From: a virus
DNA length: 64,000 bases
IMG/VR virus record: IMGVR_UViG_3300025039_000014
Span: 32,001-96,000 of that record
Direction: 5' to 3' (one strand)
In this document: positions 9,662 to 19,063 of the stretch, in pieces
Position numbering within the stretch: the first letter of the stretch is position 1
Layout of the letters: each line of letters opens with the position of its first letter
The notes under the pieces: model-generated
The model's database searches: none
Told to the model about the DNA's origin: nothing
Seen by the model: the letters and a program-made list of their open reading frames with translations, nothing else
Translations under genes and position numbers: made by a program

Positions 9662-9961
9662 ATGCAATACACGCTGACCTATCACTTCGTGGACAAGGAA
9701 GGCCGGGTCTATGACACCTGGTTCGAAAGCAGCACCCGGACACAGCCGTGGGAATGTATCGACCTCTCATGGCGTGGCGAGATACCCGTAGCCGGAGACG
9801 AAATTAGCTTCTGGAAACACAGCGGGGAACAACAGCGCCATCGCGTCACGGCGATCATTCAAGATCGTCAATTCTGCTACGGATACCAGGACACCGAGGA
9901 CGTCCAGCATGCATCCACCTGCGATGTGATGCTACGTGCGCGAGTGATCGACATCGACTAG
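9662..9961 (+). CDS. hypothetical protein
   Basis: AGGAG RBS; 99 aa. Confidence 0.6.
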   Translation: MQYTLTYHFVDKEGRVYDTWFESSTRTQPWECIDLSWRGEIPVAGDEISFWKHSGEQQRHRVTAIIQDRQFCYGYQDTEDVQHASTCDVMLRARVIDID

Positions 9962-10133
9962 CGTCGGGAAGCGCTCAATCTGCGCGTCTGAGAGCGTTAC
10001 CTGCTCGACAGTTATCTCGTTACACGTCAGAGACTCCCAGCGACTCCAGCGCGTCTCTGGAGCAATCCCAGTAATCGCAACACCCCTCCCAAAAAGACGT
10101 TGTCGACCCCGGAAGAAAATGCAACTATAAGCA

Positions 10134-10153
10134 GTAAGTCAATACTTACTTAC
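10134..10153. promoter_or_regulatory. operator copy 3
   Basis: GTAAGTCAATACTTACTTAC, 12 bp before an ATG. Confidence 0.75.
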
Positions 10154-10165
10154 GGCTAATAGAAA

Positions 10166-10552
10166 ATGTTCAACCTGGATCAGCTGTTCGTTCGCCGGCC
10201 ACGAGCCGTCCACATCGAACCCTTCACCGTAAACAAGGCCGACGAGGTCATTCGTGACAGCGCTGGCCACCCGATCATTTTCTACATCAAGACCCGCGAA
10301 GGTCGTCGGCTGATCAACCCCGGAATGATGATTGCGACCAAAACTGACGACTATCGCCATCCGATGGACGCCGACGTGTTCAATCGCGATTACGTCGCGC
10401 TGCTGGGCTACGAGAGCGCACTGGTCGAAGAGTTCAAGCGTCAGATCGCCGCTCAGCTCAGCACGGCTCTCGCTAGCGAGGCACCGATCGCAGCGATTAC
10501 CAACCTGGTGGCCATGATCGAGCCGCCGAAATCACTCGAAGTCACGGAGTAA
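10166..10552 (+). CDS. hypothetical phage protein
   Basis: 128 aa with typical codon usage. Confidence 0.65.
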   Translation: MFNLDQLFVRRPRAVHIEPFTVNKADEVIRDSAGHPIIFYIKTREGRRLINPGMMIATKTDDYRHPMDADVFNRDYVALLGYESALVEEFKRQIAAQLSTALASEAPIAAITNLVAMIEPPKSLEVTE

Positions 10553-10556
10553 CCGC

Positions 10557-11003
10557 ATGTCCGAACAGACGACCAATATCGTGCAGGGCCAGTTCATCGA
10601 GCTTTCACCCGAAGAGCGAGTTCGATTCATGGCTCACCTGACACTCGGCTTTGGTATCCAGCCCCAGATGTCGTTCCAGATGCTCGGCACGGTCATGCTG
10701 CTGCGTAACGCCCGCCGGATGCCGGATCACGATGAGAGCCAGATGATCCAGATGATGGTTGATCAGGCAAACAACGAGCTGAGCGTCCCGGCGGAGAATC
10801 TGCGAGCGGTCATCGAGCGCACACTGGCACATGCCGAGAGCGTTGTCGTTGCCTATGAGTCAGCGGTGATCGACGCACGCCAATCCGACACCCCGGTGGA
10901 TTGGACGCAAGTGGACGATCTGATGAGTGAGCGTGGGGAAGTCATCGGCAGCGACTTCGTGACCCAGTCAGCGAACGATGAGCAAGCCGAGTTCAAGGCT
11001 TGA
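10557..11003 (+). CDS. hypothetical protein
   Basis: 148 aa, coupled to the upstream gene. Confidence 0.65.
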   Translation: MSEQTTNIVQGQFIELSPEERVRFMAHLTLGFGIQPQMSFQMLGTVMLLRNARRMPDHDESQMIQMMVDQANNELSVPAENLRAVIERTLAHAESVVVAYESAVIDARQSDTPVDWTQVDDLMSERGEVIGSDFVTQSANDEQAEFKA

Positions 11004-11101
11004 CCCCCGAGCGCTCGCTTCTAGCCCTGACGCGACGTGATATGATTGTCTTGTTGCAGAGATGCGATCTACCTTTTTGTGAGAGAGAAGGTTAGTTCTT
11101 G

Positions 11102-11129
11102 AAGCCGCCCCACTAGGGCGGTTTTTTTT
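11102..11129 (+). terminator. Rho-independent terminator
   Basis: CCGCCC...GGGCGG followed by T8. Confidence 0.8.
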
Positions 11130-11824
11130 GTCTGCTGTCACAGTCGTCACGCCGATGATCACGCTTGTGACTCGTAGAATCACCTCAAGGTTAAAATTTT
11201 CTTGGCCATTTTGGTCCGTTTCAAAACCTCTGTTGCGAAACATTCTTATCTTGAAAAGACCATATCGCTCTTTCCTACCGCATATCAGTGACTTAACCAA
11301 AACCCGTCACAACATGAGAAACATTCTCAATAGAGGTTTCGTGAAGGAACCTGGCGGGACCAGGTCACTCGCGCCTCCCACCCCGAAACCCATGTGACGT
11401 CTGTGACGTTTGAGGTCAAAACATAAGGATCGAGGTGACAACACGAATCACGACCCGGTCACGCGATAAACCCTACGGATCAAGCGGTTCCGCGCACACC
11501 CCGCCCTAGCGTCACGACTCCTACCCCGGCATCACGACAACGTCACGCGAATCAGATATCGGGATTCGCTCCACAAAGCGCTCTAAAGCGTTCCCGAGCA
11601 TGAAGCGCTACGTCGACTCAAGTTGATCAGGGAACGCGCTCAAAACGAAGCGCTGACGTCTTCCCGAGCATGATGGATCGCTCGAATCGCTCGAATCGCT
11701 CGACAGCACGAAATCGACAGGGATCGACTCCAGAGACACAGATCACGGACCCCGATCCGAGTGAGACGGTCTCTCGAGCACCAGGCTAGCCGCGCCCGAC
11801 ACCATGATCAGCCAGATCCCATGC

Positions 11825-11911
11825 GGCAGACCTATATCTCTGTTGTCTGTGTTTTCAGAGAGTGATGGATTTATAGATGGAGACAGGCACCCGAGCTAAA
11901 AACAAAACCTC
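11825..11911 (+). repeat. dispersed ~85-bp element, copy A (copies at 57950-58034 on + and 28109-28157 on -)
   Basis: Shares GGCAGACCTATA...ATTTATAGATGGA..CAGGCACCCGAGCTAAAAACAAAACCTC with copy B. Confidence 0.85.
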
Positions 11912-13604
11912 ACTCGGGAGAGACGAAATCCCTGGAAACCTGGAATGGGAAACACCTCGGAACCGGGGTTTCTCCCAACTCACAAAGCCTGATCACCAGG
12001 AGTCCGGGGCTGCGCCGCGTCTAGGCTTCCCGGATCACCATGAAAAAGGGTCTCGCTCTGACCAGGCTCAGGCAACGGGTCTTTCCCAACCAGGCTCCCG
12101 AACACCACGGAATCAGGAAACCAAGTGCCAGGACTCAGCCAGCCGGATTCCGGGAACACCAAGAAAATGGGTGAAATGTTTCCAGGGCTCAGGCTCGGGG
12201 GAAAGAGAAACCAGAGTGAGGAAACCGAATCGACCAGGAGAAAGACAATCCGGGAGAGAAAGCGAACCTGAACCTCAAGGGAACAGAGAGAGCCTGATGA
12301 GCATGGGAGAGAATGAATCCAAGGAGATCATGAGTGTGGGAGTGATAGAGCTGTGGAAAAGGCAGAGAGACGGGAGAGGACGGATAGACGGGAAGAGGTA
12401 TGGAAACGGGGAAAGCGGAGAGAATAGAGGTAGAGAAAAACGGGAGAGAGATGGTGACGGGGAAACGGGGACATAAGGGGCCGGGGCATTGCCGCCTCTG
12501 CCAATCACTCGCCTGGCCGCCTAACCTTGGTCACAGCCTCCACAGCCATCCCGAGCGCCCATCTCCCTTTCTCTCCCAGGCATCGCCGATTCGCACCATA
12601 CTCGGGAAAGGGAAGCTATCCACATAGACACCGACACCAAGGGAGAATCGGGAAAGGCGAGCGATGCACCTATAGAGCGACGCCAAGGGATTGAGCCCGT
12701 GGTCGATCGCAAAGTGAAGGCACCGGGAGAGACCTTGCTAATGCCGGTCATGGGGATTTTTCGCCTCCCGAATCGGTGACGCTCGCGAGGGTCATGGTGC
12801 TCGAGGAACGACCTCGGTGGACACGCCGCGACACCACTCGGCGAGGCGAATGTAACCGTCGGTTACCTTGTCTGAATAGCCGCTGAAAACAGGGTTATTT
12901 CACGGCTTAAAATTGGTGAGTGCAAATAGGCCAGAGGGCAGTGCGTTTTTTCGAGACGGATTTACAGACATAACACCGCGCCGGACCAGAGCTCATTTTT
13001 TCGAGCAGCATCGCAAGTATAAGACCGCAGGTGCGACCTGGCCGTCAAGGGCTTCCTCGGAGCCCAGCATCCACGGGGGTTCGTTCCTCTACCTCACCTG
13101 ACGACTCGATTCGCTTCCCCATTAAAAATCGGAGTTATTATAATAAGAAAAAAACTATCGTTCTTCAGCGTAGAAATTAGTTTCACTCGGTTACAGCTTT
13201 AAATTGCAGGGTTTTGCCCCTGCTGTGCTCGCCCTTTAAATTCTTTACTTAAATATTAATCCAAACTTTAAAATAATATCGCGGTTACACATTCTGAGGT
13301 GCTTCTCTGCAAGCTCATCCTTCCCCTCACCCCGCGTGGCTGGGCGCTTGTAGCCACAAATGCACACGCAAGAGGTGGTAGTAGATCGGATGACAACACA
13401 TGGCAATACATGATCAGGAACCCGAGAGTCGGTCATCGCTCAAAAATGAGCGATATGAAAAAAAGTGGCTCCGAAAGCAAATAAGGGCTTGCCTGCATCG
13501 CAAGGGCAATATAAGTTTTAAATCGTCGACGTTACGCGTTGGCAATGAAACCCACACGCAACAACACACGCCCACTACACGGCGTGACGAGAGAGGTATG
13601 CCTG

Positions 13605-14096
13605 ATGGAAACGCAGAGACTGGAAGCGGTAACGAGAATGACAGAGGGAGAGATCGAGATCGTCAAGTGCGGCGATGAAACGATTGTCTGCCACTACGAT
13701 GCGCCGTCCGTGACGCTCTATGGTGATGTGCAGCACCTGGCGGTGTTCAACGTGACGCTGACCGATCCGGATCGCTTCCCTGACCACCTGCTCTACCGTA
13801 GCTATGTGGTGACGCTGTGGCAGGAACCTGGAAATGATCCGTTCTACCAGACGTCTATCAAAGCCGTGGTGTGTCCGGTGAAGAGTCAGCGAAGGATCGA
13901 GGCGCCGAAGATGTGGTGGTCTATGCCCCTCATGTCGAAGATGAATTTGCTGCCCGATAACTCGACGGCCGAGCTGAGCGAAGACATGCTGGAAGCCATT
14001 GCGAATCGAGCGGCGAAGGAAATGGTATTGGGAGCTTGTGCGCCTGTGCATCCGGTAACGACTGCATGGTCTTCGGCGCATTCTTCGCTGGTATGA
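13605..14096 (+). CDS. hypothetical protein
   Basis: GAGAGGT RBS before ATG at 13605. Confidence 0.55.
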   Translation: METQRLEAVTRMTEGEIEIVKCGDETIVCHYDAPSVTLYGDVQHLAVFNVTLTDPDRFPDHLLYRSYVVTLWQEPGNDPFYQTSIKAVVCPVKSQRRIEAPKMWWSMPLMSKMNLLPDNSTAELSEDMLEAIANRAAKEMVLGACAPVHPVTTAWSSAHSSLV

Positions 14097-14224
14097 AACG
14101 AACCCTCTCCAGTGCGACCTAGTTTGCAGACCGGAGAGCACACGGGAAAGGGTTTGAGCAGGACTATACCGCTAAGGGAGGGTCAGGGGGAAACCCTGAC
14201 TCTCTCGTAGTCTAGGAGAACACC

Positions 14225-14455
14225 ATGGCAAAGAAATCACTGAATGGCTGGATGCGGCTGTGGATCGGTATCTCGAGCTTGTGGATCGGCCTATGGGTCG
14301 CCTTGGGCATTACCGTCAGCATGACAGCCACAAACCCAAATTTTGACTACACCGACATGACACCCACGCTTCTGGTAACCCTCGCTCCACCCGCCGTTCT
14401 CTTCGGCCTCGGTCATTTCGTGGCCTGGATTCGCCGCGGCTTCTCTCACGACTGA
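14225..14455 (+). CDS. small two-TM membrane protein
   Basis: AGGAG RBS; GWMRLWI plus two hydrophobic helices. Confidence 0.7.
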   Translation: MAKKSLNGWMRLWIGISSLWIGLWVALGITVSMTATNPNFDYTDMTPTLLVTLAPPAVLFGLGHFVAWIRRGFSHD

Positions 14456-14652
14456 GATTCCGCCCACTCTTTTGCCGACAGCCAGGCGTCTTGCGGACGG
14501 GACTCTTCGGCGATCTGCTGAGCGTTCGGTAACACCACGGCGTAGAGCGTGCGGCCGTATCTCGAGGTCTTGATGCACTTGGTGCCGGCAGGCAACAGCG
14601 CCATGGCTTGGTCTTTGTGCGAGGGGGTCGGTTTCTTGTCGAAGGTAATCAT
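14446..14652 (-). CDS. hypothetical protein
   Basis: AGGA RBS on minus strand; 68 aa. Confidence 0.55.
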   Translation of the reverse strand: MITFDKKPTPSHKDQAMALLPAGTKCIKTSRYGRTLYAVVLPNAQQIAEESRPQDAWLSAKEWAESQS

Positions 14653-14668
14653 GGCTATTTCCTAACGC

Positions 14669-15049
14669 TCATCTACAAGATAGCTCTGGGCGACTTTGAA
14701 CGAACAACATGAAGGCGCTTGGGGCATTGGTAACCGGGCTGATCTGCTCCGATGTCTGGAGATACTCCCAGAACTGATCAAAGATTCCCTCTATATTGGC
14801 GGTAGAACTCATACAGACGGGTAAATCTAGACCTGCGTTGACGTTGTAGAACGAAAAGGCCTTTTGCATATCCAGCATGCCGCGCACATAGGCTTGGTAG
14901 ACAATGGGGGACTGAGCATGGAATTGGATTAACCTCCCCACCGTCTGTCCATTCAAATTTTGAGAATCCGCTGACGCGTCATCTGCCTGAGAAACCGGAG
15001 CCATGCATAAGGCTAAGCTGACCAGAACCAATCTTGCAAAAATTCTCAT
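14669..15049 (-). CDS. secreted protein, Rap1a/Tai immunity-like
   Basis: Signal peptide MRIFARLVLVSLALCMAPVSQA; YVRGMLD...C...YL...C pattern. Confidence 0.55.
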   Translation of the reverse strand: MRIFARLVLVSLALCMAPVSQADDASADSQNLNGQTVGRLIQFHAQSPIVYQAYVRGMLDMQKAFSFYNVNAGLDLPVCMSSTANIEGIFDQFWEYLQTSEQISPVTNAPSAFMLFVQSRPELSCR

Positions 15050-15107
15050 CGAAAATCTCTCCGTGGTTATCATACAAATATCGGCCATCATGACGGTCTC
15101 ATTAAGC

Positions 15108-15148
15108 AAAAAAATGGCCCTGGCGTCGTAGGGGAGACGGCCAGGGCC
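15108..15148 (-). terminator. minus-strand terminator-like hairpin
   Basis: GGCCCTGG...CCAGGGCC stem with an A tract on its left. Confidence 0.6.
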
Positions 15149-15250
15149 ACAACCGAGAGGGTGGGACTCTCGGGTGTTACGCAGGGAACAAGACGAACGA
15201 GTGGTGAACTCAAATCCGCCTTGAGAACCGATACTCGCCGAGAGCTAACC

Positions 15251-15270
15251 ATAAGTCAATGGTTACTTAC
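15251..15270. promoter_or_regulatory. operator copy 4 (degenerate)
   Basis: ATAAGTCAATGGTTACTTAC. Confidence 0.6.
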
Positions 15271-15631
15271 CCATAAGAATAAAAAACCAGAAACGACAAC
15301 GCCCGAGGGGTAGTCACGATCTCGTCGGGAAGACCGTTCTATGCCCACGGGCGCTTTGCAGTATTGGCGTCCTGGCAGAGACGACAAACATGATGGGGAT
15401 CGGCTTATCGACGAGCACCCCGCCAGGACGCTCCCAGTATAAGCACGCTTTCGAGAGCACGCCAAGCGGCGGTGTGACGGGCTTGGACTGATTTTCCTGG
15501 TCATGAATCGTCAATCGCTTACAGACCGTGTTAGAGCGGCTCGATCGAGAATCCAGAGAGAACAGTCGATCGCCGTCGAGGCACGCGAGACACTGTCTCT
15601 CGCAGCGCATGAGTCTCTTCGGCTCAGGCTA

Positions 15632-15651
15632 GTAAGTCATTGGTTACTGAC
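15632..15651. promoter_or_regulatory. operator copy 5 (degenerate)
   Basis: GTAAGTCATTGGTTACTGAC, upstream of a TTGACA. Confidence 0.55.
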
Positions 15652-15782
15652 TAAAGTCATTGACAGACAGGCCGTTCTATAAGAACACTAGGAGTTAGAG
15701 GCAGTCAGTAAACGCTGATACCGGCCTTCCAATAACGAGTGATTTTCTCTCTCCCGCAGTCGCAACAATTCGAAGGTGATGT

Positions 15783-16139
15783 ATGGCACTCTCCGCACTG
15801 TCGTTCGTTCCCGCCCACAATCGCGACCAGATCGACATGGAATACGTCGAGACCATGGCGCAGTTCATGGGTATCGATCTCTCCCAGATACGCCAGGACA
15901 TGAAAGACCGTGCCGAACGTAACCAGGAGCTCCACGAGATCGCCTGGCGGGAACGCGAAAACCCCAATTGGGAAACGTCGAAAGCCTTTCACCGCTACGA
16001 GCAGGTCTTCTCTCATGGCTCGGCACAGGTCTTTTACAACGACTGGTTCGATCGCTATGCGGTCTATGGGCTCAAGAAAGGCACCCAGGAGCCGAAATCT
16101 TTGGAAGAGGCGATACGGCTCGTCTACGAGAACAATTAA
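15783..16139 (+). CDS. hypothetical protein
   Basis: GAAGGTG RBS; 118 aa. Confidence 0.65.
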   Translation: MALSALSFVPAHNRDQIDMEYVETMAQFMGIDLSQIRQDMKDRAERNQELHEIAWRERENPNWETSKAFHRYEQVFSHGSAQVFYNDWFDRYAVYGLKKGTQEPKSLEEAIRLVYENN

Positions 16140-16157
16140 CCCATAGAGGCGAAACTG

Positions 16158-16508
16158 ATGGCGGTTGGCATGCTGACCATAGAAGACAGCTACGTAGACC
16201 ATGAGAACGGTGAGGTCTTCCTGTTACTGGTCAGGAAGGATTATCAAGGCGAAATAATTTCGGTGGACATTGGCGTGGTGGAGAGCGATCGCGATGTTCT
16301 GCCGAGAGACCTGGACTTTCTCAAGCCCGATTTGATCTCTCGCTCCGCAAAGCATGGCAAGAACTGCGTAATGAACCAGTTCTCTGCCATCAAACGGGGC
16401 ATCCCCTCGCATGAAGCCCTCAAACTCCACGCTCCAAAGAAAATCAGACCATCATGGGCTCCCAATCTGTCGGATGCTTTGTGGCTACCGAAAAAGCCGG
16501 ATAGCTGA
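16158..16508 (+). CDS. hypothetical protein
   Basis: GAGG RBS; 116 aa. Confidence 0.55.
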   Translation: MAVGMLTIEDSYVDHENGEVFLLLVRKDYQGEIISVDIGVVESDRDVLPRDLDFLKPDLISRSAKHGKNCVMNQFSAIKRGIPSHEALKLHAPKKIRPSWAPNLSDALWLPKKPDS

Positions 16509-17063
16509 TTTCGTGAAAGGTTAGCTATCAACACGTAGAGCGCATCGCCGAGATAATGACCATAGCCAAGGGTCTCTCCCGCTCAGGCTAAGGGTCTCTC
16601 TTCGCCAGGCTACCGAGGGGTCTTTTTCTCGCAGGCTACCAGCACTCACCAAAACGACTCACCGTGGTGGAAATCTCCCATAAAGCGCCATCTGACGGGT
16701 CGACCAGGATCTCACTGTGGTCCTCTCACCGGGGGTGACGTGTCGAACTCGCCCTGCCGCTCACTGACCTTGAGAGCGTGATTCCCGCCCTACCACTGCC
16801 AGTGTCACCCGCTCGCCTGCACACCACGGTCACAGCCACCCAGAATCGCCCCAGGAGCCATTCTCCACTCGGAACCGGGCTTGGTGCTGTCTTGCCATGG
16901 GGAAAGGGAGACGGGGCTGTCTGGGGCTCGTCTGACCGAGGGTAACGCTGACCAGCACCAGGATTGACTGCCGGGATGACGAATTGACGGTGATCGCCAC
17001 GCAACCGACTCACCATGGGGAAAGGGAAACGGGTCCGGTGAGAATCCGGGTGCCACGGTCACA

Positions 17064-17185
17064 GGGAAAGGCTGGCGATCCACTGCTCTCGGTGAGAACC
17101 AAGGTCACTGGGAACGGGAAAGGCTGGCGATCCAACCGGGAACGGGAAAGGCTGGCTTTGCATTTTTGGGAAAGGCTGGCGATCC
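17064..17185 (+). repeat. four direct repeats GGGAAAGGCTGGC(GATCC)
   Basis: Copies at 17064, 17116, 17144, 17168. Confidence 0.9.
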
Positions 17186-17490
17186 ATAGACCGTGGTGGA
17201 TAGCCGTGGTGCGGGGTGCTGCCAGCCGCGATTTTTGGCGGCGGCGACGTTGCCACGACGGGTTTTTGCCGCTGGTTACTTTGCCACCCAACGATTTTGT
17301 GGCTAACGACTTGGTGATGTTTTCGCCAGCCTGCTAATGATTAGCCACCCAATCGTTTCTTTGCTGGTCAATCCTCCGGTTCGTTCGCGTCATATCCATT
17401 AGCAGCATACGCGTTAATTCTAAGCGTGATTTGCTCGGGGAAATCAATCTTTTTTTGGTCAAATTCCCTCATAGCGGGAATTTATAGGGT

Positions 17491-17545
17491 GTTTACGCGT
17501 CATAGTTTTATTTGTGTTTACGCGTTAACAGTAAATCGATAATCT
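17491..17545 (+). promoter_or_regulatory. putative sigma70 promoter TTTACG-17-TAATCT with two GTTTACGCGT boxes
   Basis: GTTTACGCGT at 17491 and 17516; AT-rich upstream element. Confidence 0.55.
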
Positions 17546-17605
17546 GGATACGTGCTCAAGACGAAGCACACAAAAAAAAGTCTCTCTCTCATTAAGGAAA
17601 TCATC

Positions 17606-18238
17606 ATGAAAATCACAGCTAACGATCGCACTATTGCTACTAACTCCAACGAAAAGAAAGTTTCGTTGTCTGAAAAATTCAATCTTGTCAAGACGCACGT
17701 TTCTTCTCTTGCTATCACGTCTAAGCAAACGAAGATTAAGGAGACGCAAAGCGCAATTATCGACGCATCCAAAAAGCGCGTCGAGAACTACGAAGCGAAA
17801 GCGCAGCGCAACGAAACAGACTATCGCGAATTAACAGTCGAAGTGACTCACGCAAAATATAACGCGTCGTTGCTCGACTTGGACGCAAAAGCGATGAAAT
17901 ACACTATCGACAAGAACATCAATCTCGCATCCGCTGTTAATGAGTCGCGCGAATATAAGAAACGTCTCAAGTCGTTTTTGGAAGCGTGCGCGAACAACGA
18001 CGCATCCAAACTCGACAAAGCGCTAGCGAAGCTACAAGCGCACATGAAAGCGTCCAGCGCATCCGCTATCACTGTCGCGCAAGTCGCGACAATCATGGAA
18101 CACAGCACGACGACGCAAGCGAGCTACTTTAAGAAATTCGCGACAATCCTCGGAGTTGTATCGTCCGAACGCTCTAATCAGTCTCCTATGACAATCAATA
18201 AAGAAAGCGATGTTTATAAAGACTTCGTTTCACTCTAA
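17606..18238 (+). CDS. island protein 1: basic, helical 210-aa protein with possible C-terminal winged helix
   Basis: TAAGGA RBS; one Gly, one Pro, no Trp; followed by a hairpin. Confidence 0.8.
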   Translation: MKITANDRTIATNSNEKKVSLSEKFNLVKTHVSSLAITSKQTKIKETQSAIIDASKKRVENYEAKAQRNETDYRELTVEVTHAKYNASLLDLDAKAMKYTIDKNINLASAVNESREYKKRLKSFLEACANNDASKLDKALAKLQAHMKASSASAITVAQVATIMEHSTTTQASYFKKFATILGVVSSERSNQSPMTINKESDVYKDFVSL

Positions 18239-18251
18239 TTGATCGACACAT

Positions 18252-18278
18252 AAGCGCACTCCTTAGAGTGCGCTTTCT
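18252..18278 (+). terminator. terminator-like hairpin after island gene 1
   Basis: AAGCGCACTC...GAGTGCGCTT followed by a short T tract. Confidence 0.65.
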
Positions 18279-18303
18279 CACTGGATTCCGAGGACAATTC
18301 GAC

Positions 18304-18609
18304 ATGATTAAATTCATTATCCGCAATAACACAAAGCGCTTTTACAATGCGCACGCTGTCGCGCAAGTCGACGCGCAGATGATAAACACTCGCATCGTCT
18401 ACTTCGTTCGCGCTGGATATATCATCGACACGAAAGCGCATCCATCATGCGCAGACTTTGAGCGTCAGCACGTCGCAACATATGCGACACGACAGGATGC
18501 GGAACACGCAGCGTATGACGCAATTGACGGAATCGCTAACGAAGTCGACTTCGACGTGATCGAAGCGTATTTTTATCGCTATCATGTCCAGCAATTCAAA
18601 GCAGCGTAG
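18304..18609 (+). CDS. island protein 2, hypothetical 101 aa
   Basis: GAGGA RBS before ATG; both Gly encoded by GGA. Confidence 0.7.
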   Translation: MIKFIIRNNTKRFYNAHAVAQVDAQMINTRIVYFVRAGYIIDTKAHPSCADFERQHVATYATRQDAEHAAYDAIDGIANEVDFDVIEAYFYRYHVQQFKAA

Positions 18610-18827
18610 CGCGTCCAGCAGCGCGCAGAGAGCGCGTTAACGTCAATCCGCTGTCATGATATGGATTCGATGTTAGCGCGTCTCTGAGGACGAAATAGAG
18701 CGATTGAGGATTAGCTAATGAAAGCGAGGACGATGGAGACATTAGGACGACATGAATTAGCAAAGTCTTAGAAATTCCCGACTTAGTGGCTGGGCATAGC
18801 CGCCTCAATTTCCCATTCCCGGCACTC

Positions 18828-18990
18828 CCCTTATACCACCAGGCCCCAGCCCCAGAGCCCCGCCCTTATACCACCGGCTACGAGTTCCCCGCGTCCCAAG
18901 CGTCCCCGCATCCCGAGTCCGACCGCCTGCCGTGAATCACCGAGCCCCATCGCCACCCCTGACCGACGTGAACCCGTGCCTTATACGACC
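18828..18990 (+). repeat. CCTTATAC(C/G)ACC repeats in a C-rich tract
   Basis: Copies at 18828, 18863, 18979. Confidence 0.75.
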
Positions 18991-19063
18991 GCGACCACCC
19001 GGCGTTGCCGGCAGTCTCAGCCCGCTCACAAGCCCTGGGCGTTGCCAGGGCTCCAAGTCGACC

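Larger units (their letters stand above)
17491..18776. other. GG[C/G/T]-free island (only GGA/TCC occur)
   Basis: Hand count: 19 GG all GGA and 16 CC all TCC over ~1.29 kb. Confidence 0.9.

Noticed and set aside
11877-12476. 199-aa ORF
   Set aside because: It arises from a purine-skewed low-complexity tract and starts within a dispersed non-coding repeat; composition is not protein-like.
17071-17181. GCTGGCG as Chi sites
   Set aside because: Does not match E. coli Chi (GCTGGTGG) and the host's Chi is unknown.
17064-17185. GGGAAAGGCTGGCGATCC repeats as a CRISPR array
   Set aside because: Repeats are only 13-18 bp, spacing is irregular (34, 10, 11 bp) and there are no cas genes.
17491-18776. 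Island as an ordinary low-GC horizontally acquired moron
   Set aside because: Low GC does not give 35/35 GG/CC in one context while CG and GC stay abundant; other low-GC genes (14669, 19064) contain many GGC/GGT/ACC.
17491-18776. Avoidance of a generic NGG or CC CRISPR PAM, the Mu Mom adenine target, or the Ssp CCA motif
   Set aside because: GGA/TCC are retained and would still form NGG/CC PAMs; Mom-type sites (e.g. GACGC) and TCCA are present. A narrower PAM cannot be fully excluded.
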